A DNA stretch of 64,000 bases, from positions 124,001 to 188,000 of the forward strand of contig NIVC01002193.1 in assembly GCA_002269645.1 (NCBI GenBank). Direction: 5' to 3'. Positions 27,112 through 37,770 of the stretch are shown here, piece after piece (position 1 is the first letter of the stretch; the number at the start of each line of letters is the position of its first letter). The translations under genes were made by a program, and so were the position numbers. This stretch comes from Macrostomum lignano. Its lineage: Eukaryota. The notes beneath the pieces are model-generated. The model had not been told where the DNA came from. It saw only the letters and a list, made by a program, of their open reading frames with translations, and did no database searches.

Positions 27112-28019
27112 CGGCTAGGCGGACAGGCGGTTCTGAGAGCGCGATGACGGGATGTTGACGGGATGCCGACAATGATTTCCCACCTATTTGATATCGTCAT
27201 TATTTAATGTACGAGTGCCCCCTGTCCAGAGACTATTTGTAGTCTAGGCCTCTTAGCTGTCTATTATTTTGCTAGCAAAGTCCTTTGCAAAATCTGGGGT
27301 CCATGTCTGTAATTTTCCCCAATACCTGTCTGCATCGTTGTTTAAAACCTTGTAAGCAGCAAAGCGCTTAGTCCTTATTTAGTTCCCAAACTTAGACGCA
27401 ATACTGTTAGTCAATTGTAGCTCATGTATAACAATGCACAGACCAGCAGACTCTGTAGATGTCCTATTCCTCACTGCCATACAATTCTAATTAGCTACTG
27501 TTAGCTAGCATATAGAACTGCTCGCACATGCAAAACGTTCAACAACATTTGTTTGTTAATCTATTACGAGTCAAGGATTACTAAAACTATTGTAGTTGGA
27601 CTGGACGCACCGTTTCTTGGAAAATTTATTGAAGGCTGACGCTTTCAAAAACTTATATAATTACACCACTGGTTAGGAATTCATGGACAACTGAAGTAGG
27701 ACGCTGCATTTGGTTTTCTTAGAAATCAGCTGGAGGCCGATAAGGAACGTGTAGTTGCCGTACCGCTAGTGCATTGCACTATTGCACATTGTTTTTCTTG
27801 ACCGCATTTGTCTATGGCAAAACCCCACCCAGCGCTATGCCTTTCGAGCAGAGCGTACTAAATGTAGTAACGATACGACGGATACACCTCCTTACCGGTC
27901 TCTGACTCTTTTCTGAGAAAACCACCGAGTGTTGCGTAATTCAACTTCCATTGTCCAAGTTGGAGTCTGTGATATCGATTATTTGGTGATCGTTTCTTTC
28001 TTCTTTACTTCTTGTAGTT

Positions 28020-28409
28020 CAGGTGGCCACATACGGCCTGCGAAGCCTCTCTATCCGCCCTCCGAGTCCTTTGAAACTTTACAATAGCAAATCCGGCAAG
28101 AGGTTTGTGTCTCTTCTCAGCCCTCTTACCTTCTCTATCTTGCCTCTTTCCCTCTTCATCTGTGTCTTTTCTTTTCTCTCTCTTCTCTCTCTCTTATCTC
28201 ATATTTCTTCTCTCCTTCAATCTTCATCTTATCTATCTTATCTTTTTGTCCTCACTCTTCTCATCCTATATTTTATCGCATCTCTTCTCTCGCCTTTCCT
28301 CTCACCTCTCATCTCCTCTTTCTTCTCTCTCCTCCTATTTTCTCTCATATCCTCTCTCATCTGGCCGGAAGGTTCTCTGGCCTTGATAAAAACATTTCCC
28401 GACCCCTTT
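28020..28409 (+). mobile_element. hAT-like non-autonomous element with internal CT-rich tract
   Basis: 8-bp duplication TTGTAGTT at 28012-28019 and 28410-28417. Right end TTTCCCGACCCCT. Homologous to the inverted copy ending at 33402. Confidence 0.7.
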
Positions 28410-28838
28410 TTGTAGTTAGGTTGAACTGTTAAAATAAACCTGCAGTTAAAGCACTATTTAATACAAGATTTCACCAGAAAGCATCGAGAAGTTCGGTAAA
28501 ACAAGCTTTATAGTCGGATGAAGGAGGCGAAGAGGCACCCTCTGATTCTTTGACATTCCGATGAAGCAAACTCACTTATTTCCAAGCCTGCCAAAAATAG
28601 CTTGCCATATTTATTCATCCTTCACTGCAAAGCCCTCCTTTCAAAGCAGCTCATCCTGCTTCGAATTCGCGGGCACGCAGCCTGGGCTGAGCCTCTAATT
28701 AATTAGAGCGCCGCGACCCCGTGGCATAGCGGGCTTCAATAGCCTAGCTGGGAGTATTAATGGGATGCGGGCCCTGCTCAGGGCTAACAAGCTCGTTAAC
28801 GAGTTCACCTGTATGAAGCGGAACAAATTGTTTCTTTA

Positions 28839-28853
28839 GTTGTCAATGGCAAC
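28839..28853. promoter_or_regulatory. RFX X-box-like motif
   Basis: GTTGTCAATGGCAAC resembles GTTGCCATGGCAAC with one extra base. Confidence 0.4.
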
Positions 28854-29108
28854 CATGCTAGTGCAAGAGACAGTGTTTCCAGCTGCATGCACGAGTATAC
28901 AGAATGAGAAGCAACAGGCACCTATATAATGGCCTGGCGTCTGCAAAGCAAACTCGACCCAGTCGAATATTGGAGCAGCTTCGCGAGCCAGCTGTGGAAA
29001 ATTCCCACGAATTCGGGACTGACATTTGATGCATCTGAGCTGGGACTGAAGAGAGAGAGAGAGCGGGTATTTTGGGGCACTGGCTCTGATTCAAGGCGAC
29101 AGTCGACT

Positions 29109-29336
29109 ATGCTCATTGCTCATGGCAGTCATGCTCATTGCTCATGACAGTCATGCTCATTGCTCATGGCAGTCATGCTCATTGCTCATGGCAGTCATGC
29201 TCATTGCTCATGGCAGTCATGCTCATTGCTCATGCAGTCATGCTCATTGCTCATGGCAGTCATGCTCATTGCTCATGGCAGTCATGCTCATTGCTCATGG
29301 CAGGTCATGCTCATTGCTCATGGCAGTCATGCTCAG
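29109..29336. repeat. 22-bp minisatellite CATGCTCATTGCTCATGGCAGT
   Basis: About 10 copies. Confidence 0.95.
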
Positions 29337-29361
29337 GCTCAGGCAGTCAGAGTGCTAACAG

Positions 29362-29800
29362 AGTAGGCAGAAGGGTAGGCAGAGAGGGTAGGCAGAGAGG
29401 GTAGGCAGAGAGGGTAGGCAGAGAGGTAGGCAGAGAGGGTAGGCAGAGGGTAGTCAGAGAGGGTAGGCAGAGAGGGTAGGCAGAGAGGGTAGGCAGAGAG
29501 GGTAGGCAGAGAGGGTAGTCAGAGAGGTAGTCAGAGAAAGTAGGCAGAGAGGGTAGGCAGAGAGGGTAGGCAGAGAGGGTAGGCAGAGAGGGTAGGCAGA
29601 GAGGGTAGGCAGAGAGGGTAGGCAGAGAGGGTAGGCAGAGAGGGTAGGCAGAGAGGGTAGGCAGAGAGGGTAGGCAGAGAGGTAGGCAGAGAGGGTAGGC
29701 AGAGAGGGTAGGCAGAGAGGGTAGCAGAGAGGGTAGGCAGAGAGGGTAGGCAGAGAGGGTAGGCAGAGAGGGTGGGCAGAGAGGGTAGGCAGAGAGGGTA
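29362..29800. repeat. 13-bp minisatellite GAGAGGGTAGGCA
   Basis: About 33 copies. Confidence 0.95.
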
Positions 29801-30464
29801 GAAGGGAAGATATTGTTCAGCAGTTTATGGCAAGCATTTTGTATTTAATAGCAACAGAATAGTAAGCAGGGCAGGATTAATAATCGCTTTAGTCTAATAA
29901 ACCATAAAATCCTACGAATGCATGCCATTGCATATAGGATGCGGAGTCAATGGGGATCATGCCTGGTTCCGGGAAGTTCAAAGCGCGCCAACAATAGGCA
30001 GATTGGCGCGGACGTACTTCACACAGCTGGATTTGGCCCCGCAATGCCGGACCGCCGCCCCGCAGACTCCACTTTCACCTCGGCGTCCCGGGCCAAGAAC
30101 AATGCTGGCAGCTGGCAGCGAACCTGATGAGGCTGGTTTTTGGAAAAAGAATGGCGGAAACGCGGGAAGCTGAATTGGTCCCGCGAGACAACGGGGAGAG
30201 AGAGGAGGGATTTGGGGCACTGGGGGCAGTGCTGCAAGTTGGCAGAAAGGCATCGGAGCAATCGGATTAAGCACAATGGGTCTCGCACGGGTCTCAGTGC
30301 TGCCACGGGTTTCAATGGGGCAGGCCGCGATCATGCGAGCTTATAAGATGGGGATGCAAAGGAAATAAATTGGCAACCTGGCAGCTGTTCTCGGGCTTCA
30401 TCAAAGCAAATCGATATGTCAGCTTCATCTGACCGGCTGCTTTTTCGACGTCTCGCTCGCTCAG

Positions 30465-33400
30465 CATCCCAAGCCTCATCAACGATGATGGCCGTGTACG
30501 CTTGACTCCACTGCCCGGTGCCACCGCGGCCCTATCGGCTCGCCGAACTCCCATTGAGCGGCAAACTCGGTACGCTCAAATTCAGGAAAGTCTCTCCTAG
30601 CAACACAATTAACCTAGCAACGGATCTACCCCTAGCAACAGATCTATAGCACAGATCTACCCCTAGCAACAGATTCCCCTAGCAACATCTACCCTAGCAA
30701 CAGATCCCCTAGCAACAGATCTACCCTAGCAACAATCTACCCTAGCAACAGATCTACCCTAGCAACAATCTACCCTAGCAACACATCTACCCTAGCAACA
30801 ATCTACCCTAGCAACACACCTACCCCTATCAAAATCCTATAGCAACACACCTACCCCAGCAGCAACCTACCCTAGCAACACACCTACCCCTATCAAAAGT
30901 TCTATAGCAACCACTACCCTAGCACACACCAACCTAGCAAGATCTCCCAAGCAACACACCTACCCCTATCAAAAGATCCCTATAGCAACACACCTACCCC
31001 TATCAAAAGATCCCCTATAGCAACACACCTACCCCTATCAAAAGATCCCTATAGCAACACACCTACCCCTATCAAAAGATCCCTATAGCAACACACCTAC
31101 CCCTATCAAAAGATCCCCTATAGCAACACACCTACCCCTATCAAAAGATCTCCTATAGCAACACACCTACCCCTATCAAAAGATCTCATATAGCAACACA
31201 CCTACCCCAATCAAAAGATCCCATATAGCGACACACCTACCCCTACCATACAAAAAATGTCAGCTTCAGAAACCCGGTTCGCACAAATAAACTGTTTTCC
31301 TGCTACACAGGCTGGCCCCTCGAGTGCACAGCGAGCAGTGCAGCCTGGCACCGGATCGGCAGCGGCTGCAGCAGCAACAGTTGCGAATCCATGCAAGCAG
31401 CAGCTCGGCCCCGAATCCTCGCAGGCGACGCTCCGACGTCGGCTACTTCAGCCTGGTCACGCCGGCGCCGCTGGTGGCGCCAAAGACGTCGCCTCAGCGA
31501 CTGCGTCAGCGGCAAACAAATCAGAGCCGACAACAGCTGACTGTCTTTCCCGGCTGGTGCCACGGCTGCCGACTGTGCATGGGCTGCGAGCTGCTGACTG
31601 CGCCGCAGTGAGTCCGGGGGTTGAGGATCAGTTCGGAGTGTCCTTTTTGTGGATTTTAGTGCACACTGTCATCCGGACTGATTAGCAACAATTGTTGAGC
31701 TAGGTTAGTGTAGCTTAGGCCGCATTAATTTGGGTCCCAATTCAAGGCACAGAGGGTGTACATGTCTGACGATTAGAAAGTCAGGGCCGCTGTACACCCT
31801 GTGTGAGCTGTGTATGACAGGTGCCTGCGTACAGGTGCTGGCCAGGTTGAACAGGTGCTGGACAGGTTGAACAGGTGCTGGCCAGGTTGAACAGGTGCTT
31901 GACAGGTTGAACAGGTGCTGGACAGGTTGAACAGGTTCTTGACAGGTTGAACAGGTGCTTGACAGGTTGAACAGGTGCTGGCCAGGTTGAACAGGTGCTG
32001 GACCGGTTGAACAGGTGCTGGACAGGTTGAACAGGTGCTGGACCGGTTGAACAGGTGCTGGCCAGGTTGAACAGGTGCTAGAAAGGTTGAACAGGTGCTG
32101 GCTGGATTGAACAGGTGCTGGCCAGGTTGAACGGGTGCTAGAAAGGTTGAACAGGTGCTGGAGAGTTTGAACAGGTGCTGGCCAGGTTGAACGGGTGCTA
32201 GAAATGTTGAACAGGTGCTGGCTGGATTGAACAGGTGCTGGCCAGGTTGAACAGGTGCTTGACAGGTTGAACAGGTGCTTGACAGGTTGAACAGGTGCTG
32301 GCCAGGTTGAACAGGTGCTGGACCGGTTGAACAGGTGCTGGACAGGTTGAACAGGTGCTGGACCGGTTGAACAGGTGCTGGACAGGTTGAACAGGTGCTA
32401 GAAAGGTTGAACAGGTGCTGGCTGGATTGAACAGGTGCTGGCCAGGTTGAACGGGTGCTGGCTAGACTGAACAGGTGCTGGAGAGTTTGAACAGGTGCTG
32501 GCCAGGTTGAACGGGTGCTAGAAAGGTTGAACAGGTGCTGGCTAGGTTGAACGGGTGCTAGAAAGGTTGAACAGGTGCTGGCTAGATTGAACCGGTGCTG
32601 GACAGTTTGAACAGGTGCTGGCCAAGTTGGTAAGATCCCTTAATATTCGTATTCTTTTTTAAACCAAAAACATTATTTCAGTCTGCATCGAAATCCGGCC
32701 GACCAGCTTGTTGGTTGCTATGGCAACTGGCGGCAGCAGAGGGCGCTCACAGACTCAGAGGTGCGCCTGCTTAGTGGCGCCCGGCAACCGCGTCGACGGG
32801 GCTCCGGACAGATCGACAGAAACAGGTCGGAGTCGCCGGCCTCATCAGCGGCATCGGAGAGCCGTGAGTTTAGTGCGCCAGTGTTCTACTCATAGTAGAA
32901 TAGCAAATATGCACTAAGAGTTTGTGCTTGAAAGGATAAGCACTATTTGCTGATTGAGAAAGGTTTTTGGGTTGATGAAGGAAACTTTTTTGGTTGATGA
33001 AAGTTTTGATTCATGGCAATTTGGTGTCATTTTTAAGGCCCCTCGGCGGGGGGGGGCTAAATGGCTAGTAGAGAACCTAGAGCATGACTGTGGGCTCGAA
33101 CAGGTGAGAGAGGAAAGGGAATGAAGAGAAGACGGGAGGAGAGGAGAGAGGAGAGAGGAGAGAAGAGATGAGAGAAGAGGAGAGGAGAGGAGAGGAGAGG
33201 AGAGGAGAGGAGATGAGAGGAGAGGAGAGGAGAGGAGAGGAGATGAGATGAGAGAAGAGGAGAGGAAAGGGGAGGGGAGATTAGAGAGAACAGCGCTGAT
33301 AAGAGATGTAAACGTTTAGCGGACCGGATTGCTATTGCAAAGTTTCATAGAGAGGCTTTGTAGGCAGTATATTGCCCGCGGGCCGGTGTTTGCCGACCCC

Positions 33401-36400
33401 TGGTCTATGGTCAAAACCCTCACTTCCGCTATATGCTATGGGCTATTCTTTCCTAGAAATCATGCAGTGAATCGGTCTCCCGCTGCCACCCCCGCAACCG
33501 TTCGGTCGCGCCACAGCAGGCAAAAATTTAGAAACAAAACATTTCCCAACCGCTCTCGAAAAAATCCAATATCTTCTATTGAGTTCTGTTTTAACAAAAG
33601 CCAGTCAGAAACATTCTCGGTTGGGCAGAGGGCCTGGGCTGTATCGTAAGGAAAGGGGATGGGGATTGGGATTACGAAATTATGAAAGCTTCTGCAGCAG
33701 TCCCAGCCTGGATACAGTTAGATACGGGCAAGGGGATGGGGAATAAATGACGCGAATGAAAAGGGGAAAAAAGCTGAGAGGCGGGTAGGGGACGGGTCGC
33801 AACAGAGTGGGATAAAAGTGCCTCATGAAAACATTTACTTCGAACGGGAATTTAGGACAATCATTGTCCTGCCTCCCTTCATCACCCAGTGATCCCCGTG
33901 CCTGACTGGCTGGCCAGAGAGATGGCGGAGGCTGACGGCCGGACTGCTGAAGGCGGCAGCGGCGGAATCGCCAGACGAACTCCGCCGACGGATGTCGGAC
34001 CCGATGAGGCTGGAGGCGGCGGCGACGGCTTCGACTGGGAGAAATTCGATGCCAATATCGATTTAGACAAGGACGGAAGCAACTGGTTCGAGGACTACGA
34101 TAGAAGCAGCCACGAGTTCGAGTTTATCAGCGATGCGGATGCCGCCATGAGCGTCAGCAACATCATCAAGGTGACGGTGAGTCAGCGGTCGGCTGAGGCC
34201 TTGCATTTGGCGGCGGCGGAGGTGCAGGAGAATGCGGAGTCAGCTGAAGAGGCGGGAGCAACGGAAGCTACGAAAGCAACGGAAGCTACGAAAGCAACGG
34301 AAGCTACGAAAGCAACGGAAGCTACGAAAGCAACGGAAGCTACGAAAGCAACGGAAGCTACGAAAGCAACGGAAGCTACGAAAGCAACGGAAGCTACGAA
34401 AGCAACGGAAGCTACGAAAGCAACGGAAGCTACGAAAGCAACGGAAGCTACGAAAGCAACGGAAGCTACGAAAGCAACGGAAGCTACGAAAGCAACGGAA
34501 GCTACGAAAGCAACGGAAGCTACGAAAGCAACGGAAGCTACGAAAGCAACGGAAGCTACGAAAGCAACGGAAGCTACGAAAGCAACGGAAGCTACGAAAG
34601 CAACGGAAGCTACGAAAGCAACGGAAGCTACGAAAGCAACGGAAGCTACGAAAGCAACGGAAGCTACGAAAGCAACGGAAGCTACGAAAGCAACGGAAGC
34701 TACGAAAGCAACGGAAGCTACGAAAGCAACGGAAGCTACGAAAGCAACGGAAGCTACGAAAGCAACGGAAGCTACGAAAGCAACGGAAGCTACGAAAGCA
34801 ACGGAAGCTACGAAATCAACGGAAGCTACAGAAGAGACGAGAGAGTCGGATACGACGAAAATTGCGGAAGCAACGAAATCGACAGAAGCGATTAACGAAG
34901 CGGAGGATGCAGAAGATGGTGAGGGCGATTATATTTTCATGCATTAATCAATTCCAGATATTCACACAAGTTTTACAATATTTCCCGAACCTATTTATGT
35001 ACTTTTGTATCATCCTATACGCTGTCCGTCACAACCCCATGACCGCTACAAATAAAAAGGTTGAATGCATTCTGTAAGCCTCGATGCGAGTACAGAATTG
35101 ATGGCCCAGCATAATTCATTTTATCCAGCGATTAAAAGCAGATCGGACTGCTTTCAGCTAAATCTGTCATTGTCAAAATCTGACAATCTGCTTTCGCAAG
35201 AAGGCAAAGTTAGACTTTAGGGCTTGTCCCGGATGAGCAAATAAGTTTCCTCACTAATGAGTTGTCCAGCTGTCACTCGTACGCCATCCAGTCAGTTTTT
35301 TTAATTGCATGCTTTACCTGTCACCCTGGCGTATGATACCTATTATAGCATTTGTGAGGCACTGACTGGCTCTGTATCACTTAGCCATGACTTTTTCCAA
35401 GGTTTGATGTTGGACTACTGGACCGCATCATTGCAGCCAGTGATAATGTGGAACTGGACCGCATCATTGCAGCCAGTCATATAGAGAAACTGGACCGCAT
35501 CATTGCAGCCAGTCATATAGGGAAACTGGACCGCATCATTACAGCCAGTCATATAGGGAAACTGGACCGCATCATTACAGCCAGTCATATAGGGAAACTG
35601 GACCGCATCATTACAGCCAGTCATATAGGGAAACTGGACCGCATCATTGCAGCCAGTCATATAGGGAAACTGGACCGCATCATTACAGCCAGTCATATAG
35701 GGAAACTGGACCGCATCATTGCAGCCAGTCATATAGGGAAACTGGACCGCATCATTACAGCCAGTCATATAGGGAAACTGGACTGCATCATTGCAGCCAG
35801 TCATATAGGGAAACTGGACCGCATCATTACAGCCAGTCATATAGGGAAACTGGACCGCATCATTGCAGCCAGTCATATAGGGAAACTGGACTGCATCATT
35901 GCAGCCAGTCATATAGGGAAACTGGACCGCATCATTGCAGCCAGTCATATAGGGAAACTGGACCGCATCATTGCAGCCAGTCATATAGGGAAACTGGACC
36001 GCATCATTGCAGCCAGTCATATAGGGAAACTGGACCGCATCATTGCAGCCAGTCATATAGGGAAACTGGACCGCATCATTGTGTCCATATGACCACAAAG
36101 TAAAGATTCCTCTTTCTGTCACGTGTTTTCTCATATTCACTCACTCACTCACCAACCATTTTTGTTGACTTTCACCAAATTTTCACAGAGAATTCGTCAC
36201 CTGAATTCGCCACCAAAGGCCGCTTGCCTCGCAGCAGTGTGGCCGCGTCGAACGCCTCAATCGAGCCCAACCGCGCGAGAAGATTCCGGAGCAAAGGTGT
36301 TTTATTGTTTGACTTTTTGCTGTTCAAGCTTGACTGCGAACCCCTGTTTTATGTTTCATTTATTTGCTAATCTCAAAGCCACCCACCGCACTGTCACATC

Positions 36401-36467
36401 GCCGAGCAGCAGTGATAAGAGTTCCGACTGCCGCGGCTGCCGCAGCCTTTCTAGTCAGATTTTCTAA
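30465..36467 (+). CDS. Uncharacterised low-complexity protein 'X' with ATEATK coding repeat (5' end unresolved; may be the N-terminal half of the next gene)
   Basis: Phase-compatible GT-AG exons 30465-30569, 31311-31607, 32682-32863, 33890-34918, 36189-36296 and 36379-36467(stop). No family recognised. Confidence 0.55.
30595..31245. repeat. Degenerate intronic minisatellite built on (C)CCTAGCAAC / ATAGCAAC
   Basis: At least 13 CCTAGCAAC copies, grading into a ~35-bp unit ccctatcaaaagatcccctatagcaacacacctac. Confidence 0.9.
31723..31832 (+). mobile_element. Internally deleted SINE fragment
   Basis: Shares attaatttggg, caaggcac, gtgtacatg and aaagtcagggccgctgtacac blocks with the SINE family. 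Confidence 0.6.
31828..32625. repeat. 20-bp minisatellite AGGTGCTGGCCAGGTTGAAC
   Basis: About 40 copies; intronic in the gene X model. Confidence 0.95.
33095..33402 (-). mobile_element. hAT-like non-autonomous element, second copy (GA-rich interior on + strand)
   Basis: Minus strand begins CAGGGGTCGGCAAACACCGGCCCGCGGGC, a typical hAT-MITE terminus. The following sequence aligns to 28020-28130. The other end is unclear. Confidence 0.6.
34258..34815 (+). repeat. Coding 18-bp VNTR GCAACGGAAGCTACGAAA x31 (ATEATK)
   Basis: 558 nt = 31 perfect copies, in frame within ORF 33889-34947 and flanked by related TEA/ATK codons. Confidence 0.95.
35417..36082. repeat. 36-bp minisatellite
   Basis: GGAAACTGGACCGCATCATTGCAGCCAGTCATATAG, about 18 copies; intronic. 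Confidence 0.95.
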
Positions 36468-36769
36468 GAATCGTCGGGGAGCTGCGGAGTCGACCGAGAG
36501 ACGCTTGGCGGCCAGCGCCTACCGATGGCTCCGGTCGGGTATCGGCTTCCGCTTCCGGTTTTTTCGCCTCCCTAAGCATTTTTAGTTGCGGTTTTTCCCG
36601 CCTGTCTTAGTGACTGTCAACTTGTTGTTGACGTAATTTTGCAGGTGCACTATGCTGATAGAGTTTTGTTGTTAGTCCGCTTTCTGATGTTTAAATGTGC
36701 GTGCAGTTACACCCACTGCATTTTATTTTAGTCACGGTTAGCAGAGTAGAGAGAATTGAAGAGAGGAAC

Positions 36770-37570
36770 AGGATGGATTGCTAATCTAGCCTACATCAAT
36801 GAAGGAATAGAATGGATTGCTAATCTAGCCTACATCGATGAAGGAATAGAATGGATGGCTAGTCTAGCCTATATCAATGAAGGAATAGAATGGATGGCTA
36901 GTCTAGCCTACATCAATAAAGGAATAGAATGGATTGCTAATCTAGCCTACATCGATGAAGGAATAGAATGGATTGCTAATCTAGCCTACATCAATGAAGG
37001 AATAGAATGCATTGCTAATCTAGCCTTCATCAATAAAGGAATAGAATGGATTGCTAATCTAGCCTACATCAATAAAGGAATAGAATGGATTGCTAATCTA
37101 GCCTACATCAATAAAGGAATAGAATGGATTGCTAATCTAGCCTACATCAATGAAGGAATAGAATGGATTGCTAATCTAGCCTATATCAATAAAGTAATAG
37201 AATGGATTGCTAATCTAGCCTACATCAATAAAGGGATAGAATGGATTGCTAATCTAGCCTAAATCAATAAAGGGATAGAATGGATTGCTAATCTAGCCTA
37301 AATCAATGAAGGAATAGAATGGATTGCTAATCTAGCCTACATCAATAAAGGAATAGAATGGATTGCTAATCTAGCCTACATCAATAAAGGGATAGAATGG
37401 ATTGCTAATCTAGCCTACATCAATAAAGGAATAGAATGGATTGCTAATCTAGCCTATATCAATAAAGGAATAGAATGGATTGCTAATCTATGTCTAAATG
37501 AATGAAGGAATAGAATGGATTGCTAATCTAGCCTACATCAATGTAGGAACAGGGTGGATTGCTAATCTAT
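36770..37570. repeat. 39-bp minisatellite
   Basis: GAATGGATTGCTAATCTAGCCTACATCAATAAAGGAATA, about 20 copies. Confidence 0.95.
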
Positions 37571-37770
37571 ATCGGCTTCCCTCCGCTCCATGATGTTGCT
37601 TTCGCTTTGATAAAACCCGCTACCTTTATTCCATCTGTGAGCCACGTGACTCCTAGTCGCATATATTTACAAAAAAAATTGATGCACCATCAGCTGCTGG
37701 ATATTATTTAATCCTATTTATCGCATACACGCTGCTGTTCAATTAATTTCTGGCCCCACTTTCAGAGCCA

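Noticed and set aside
32714-32727. Perfect X-box as a stand-alone promoter feature
   Set aside because: It lies inside a phase-consistent coding exon (VGCYGN), so it is not listed as a promoter. It is mentioned only as a possible dual-use site.
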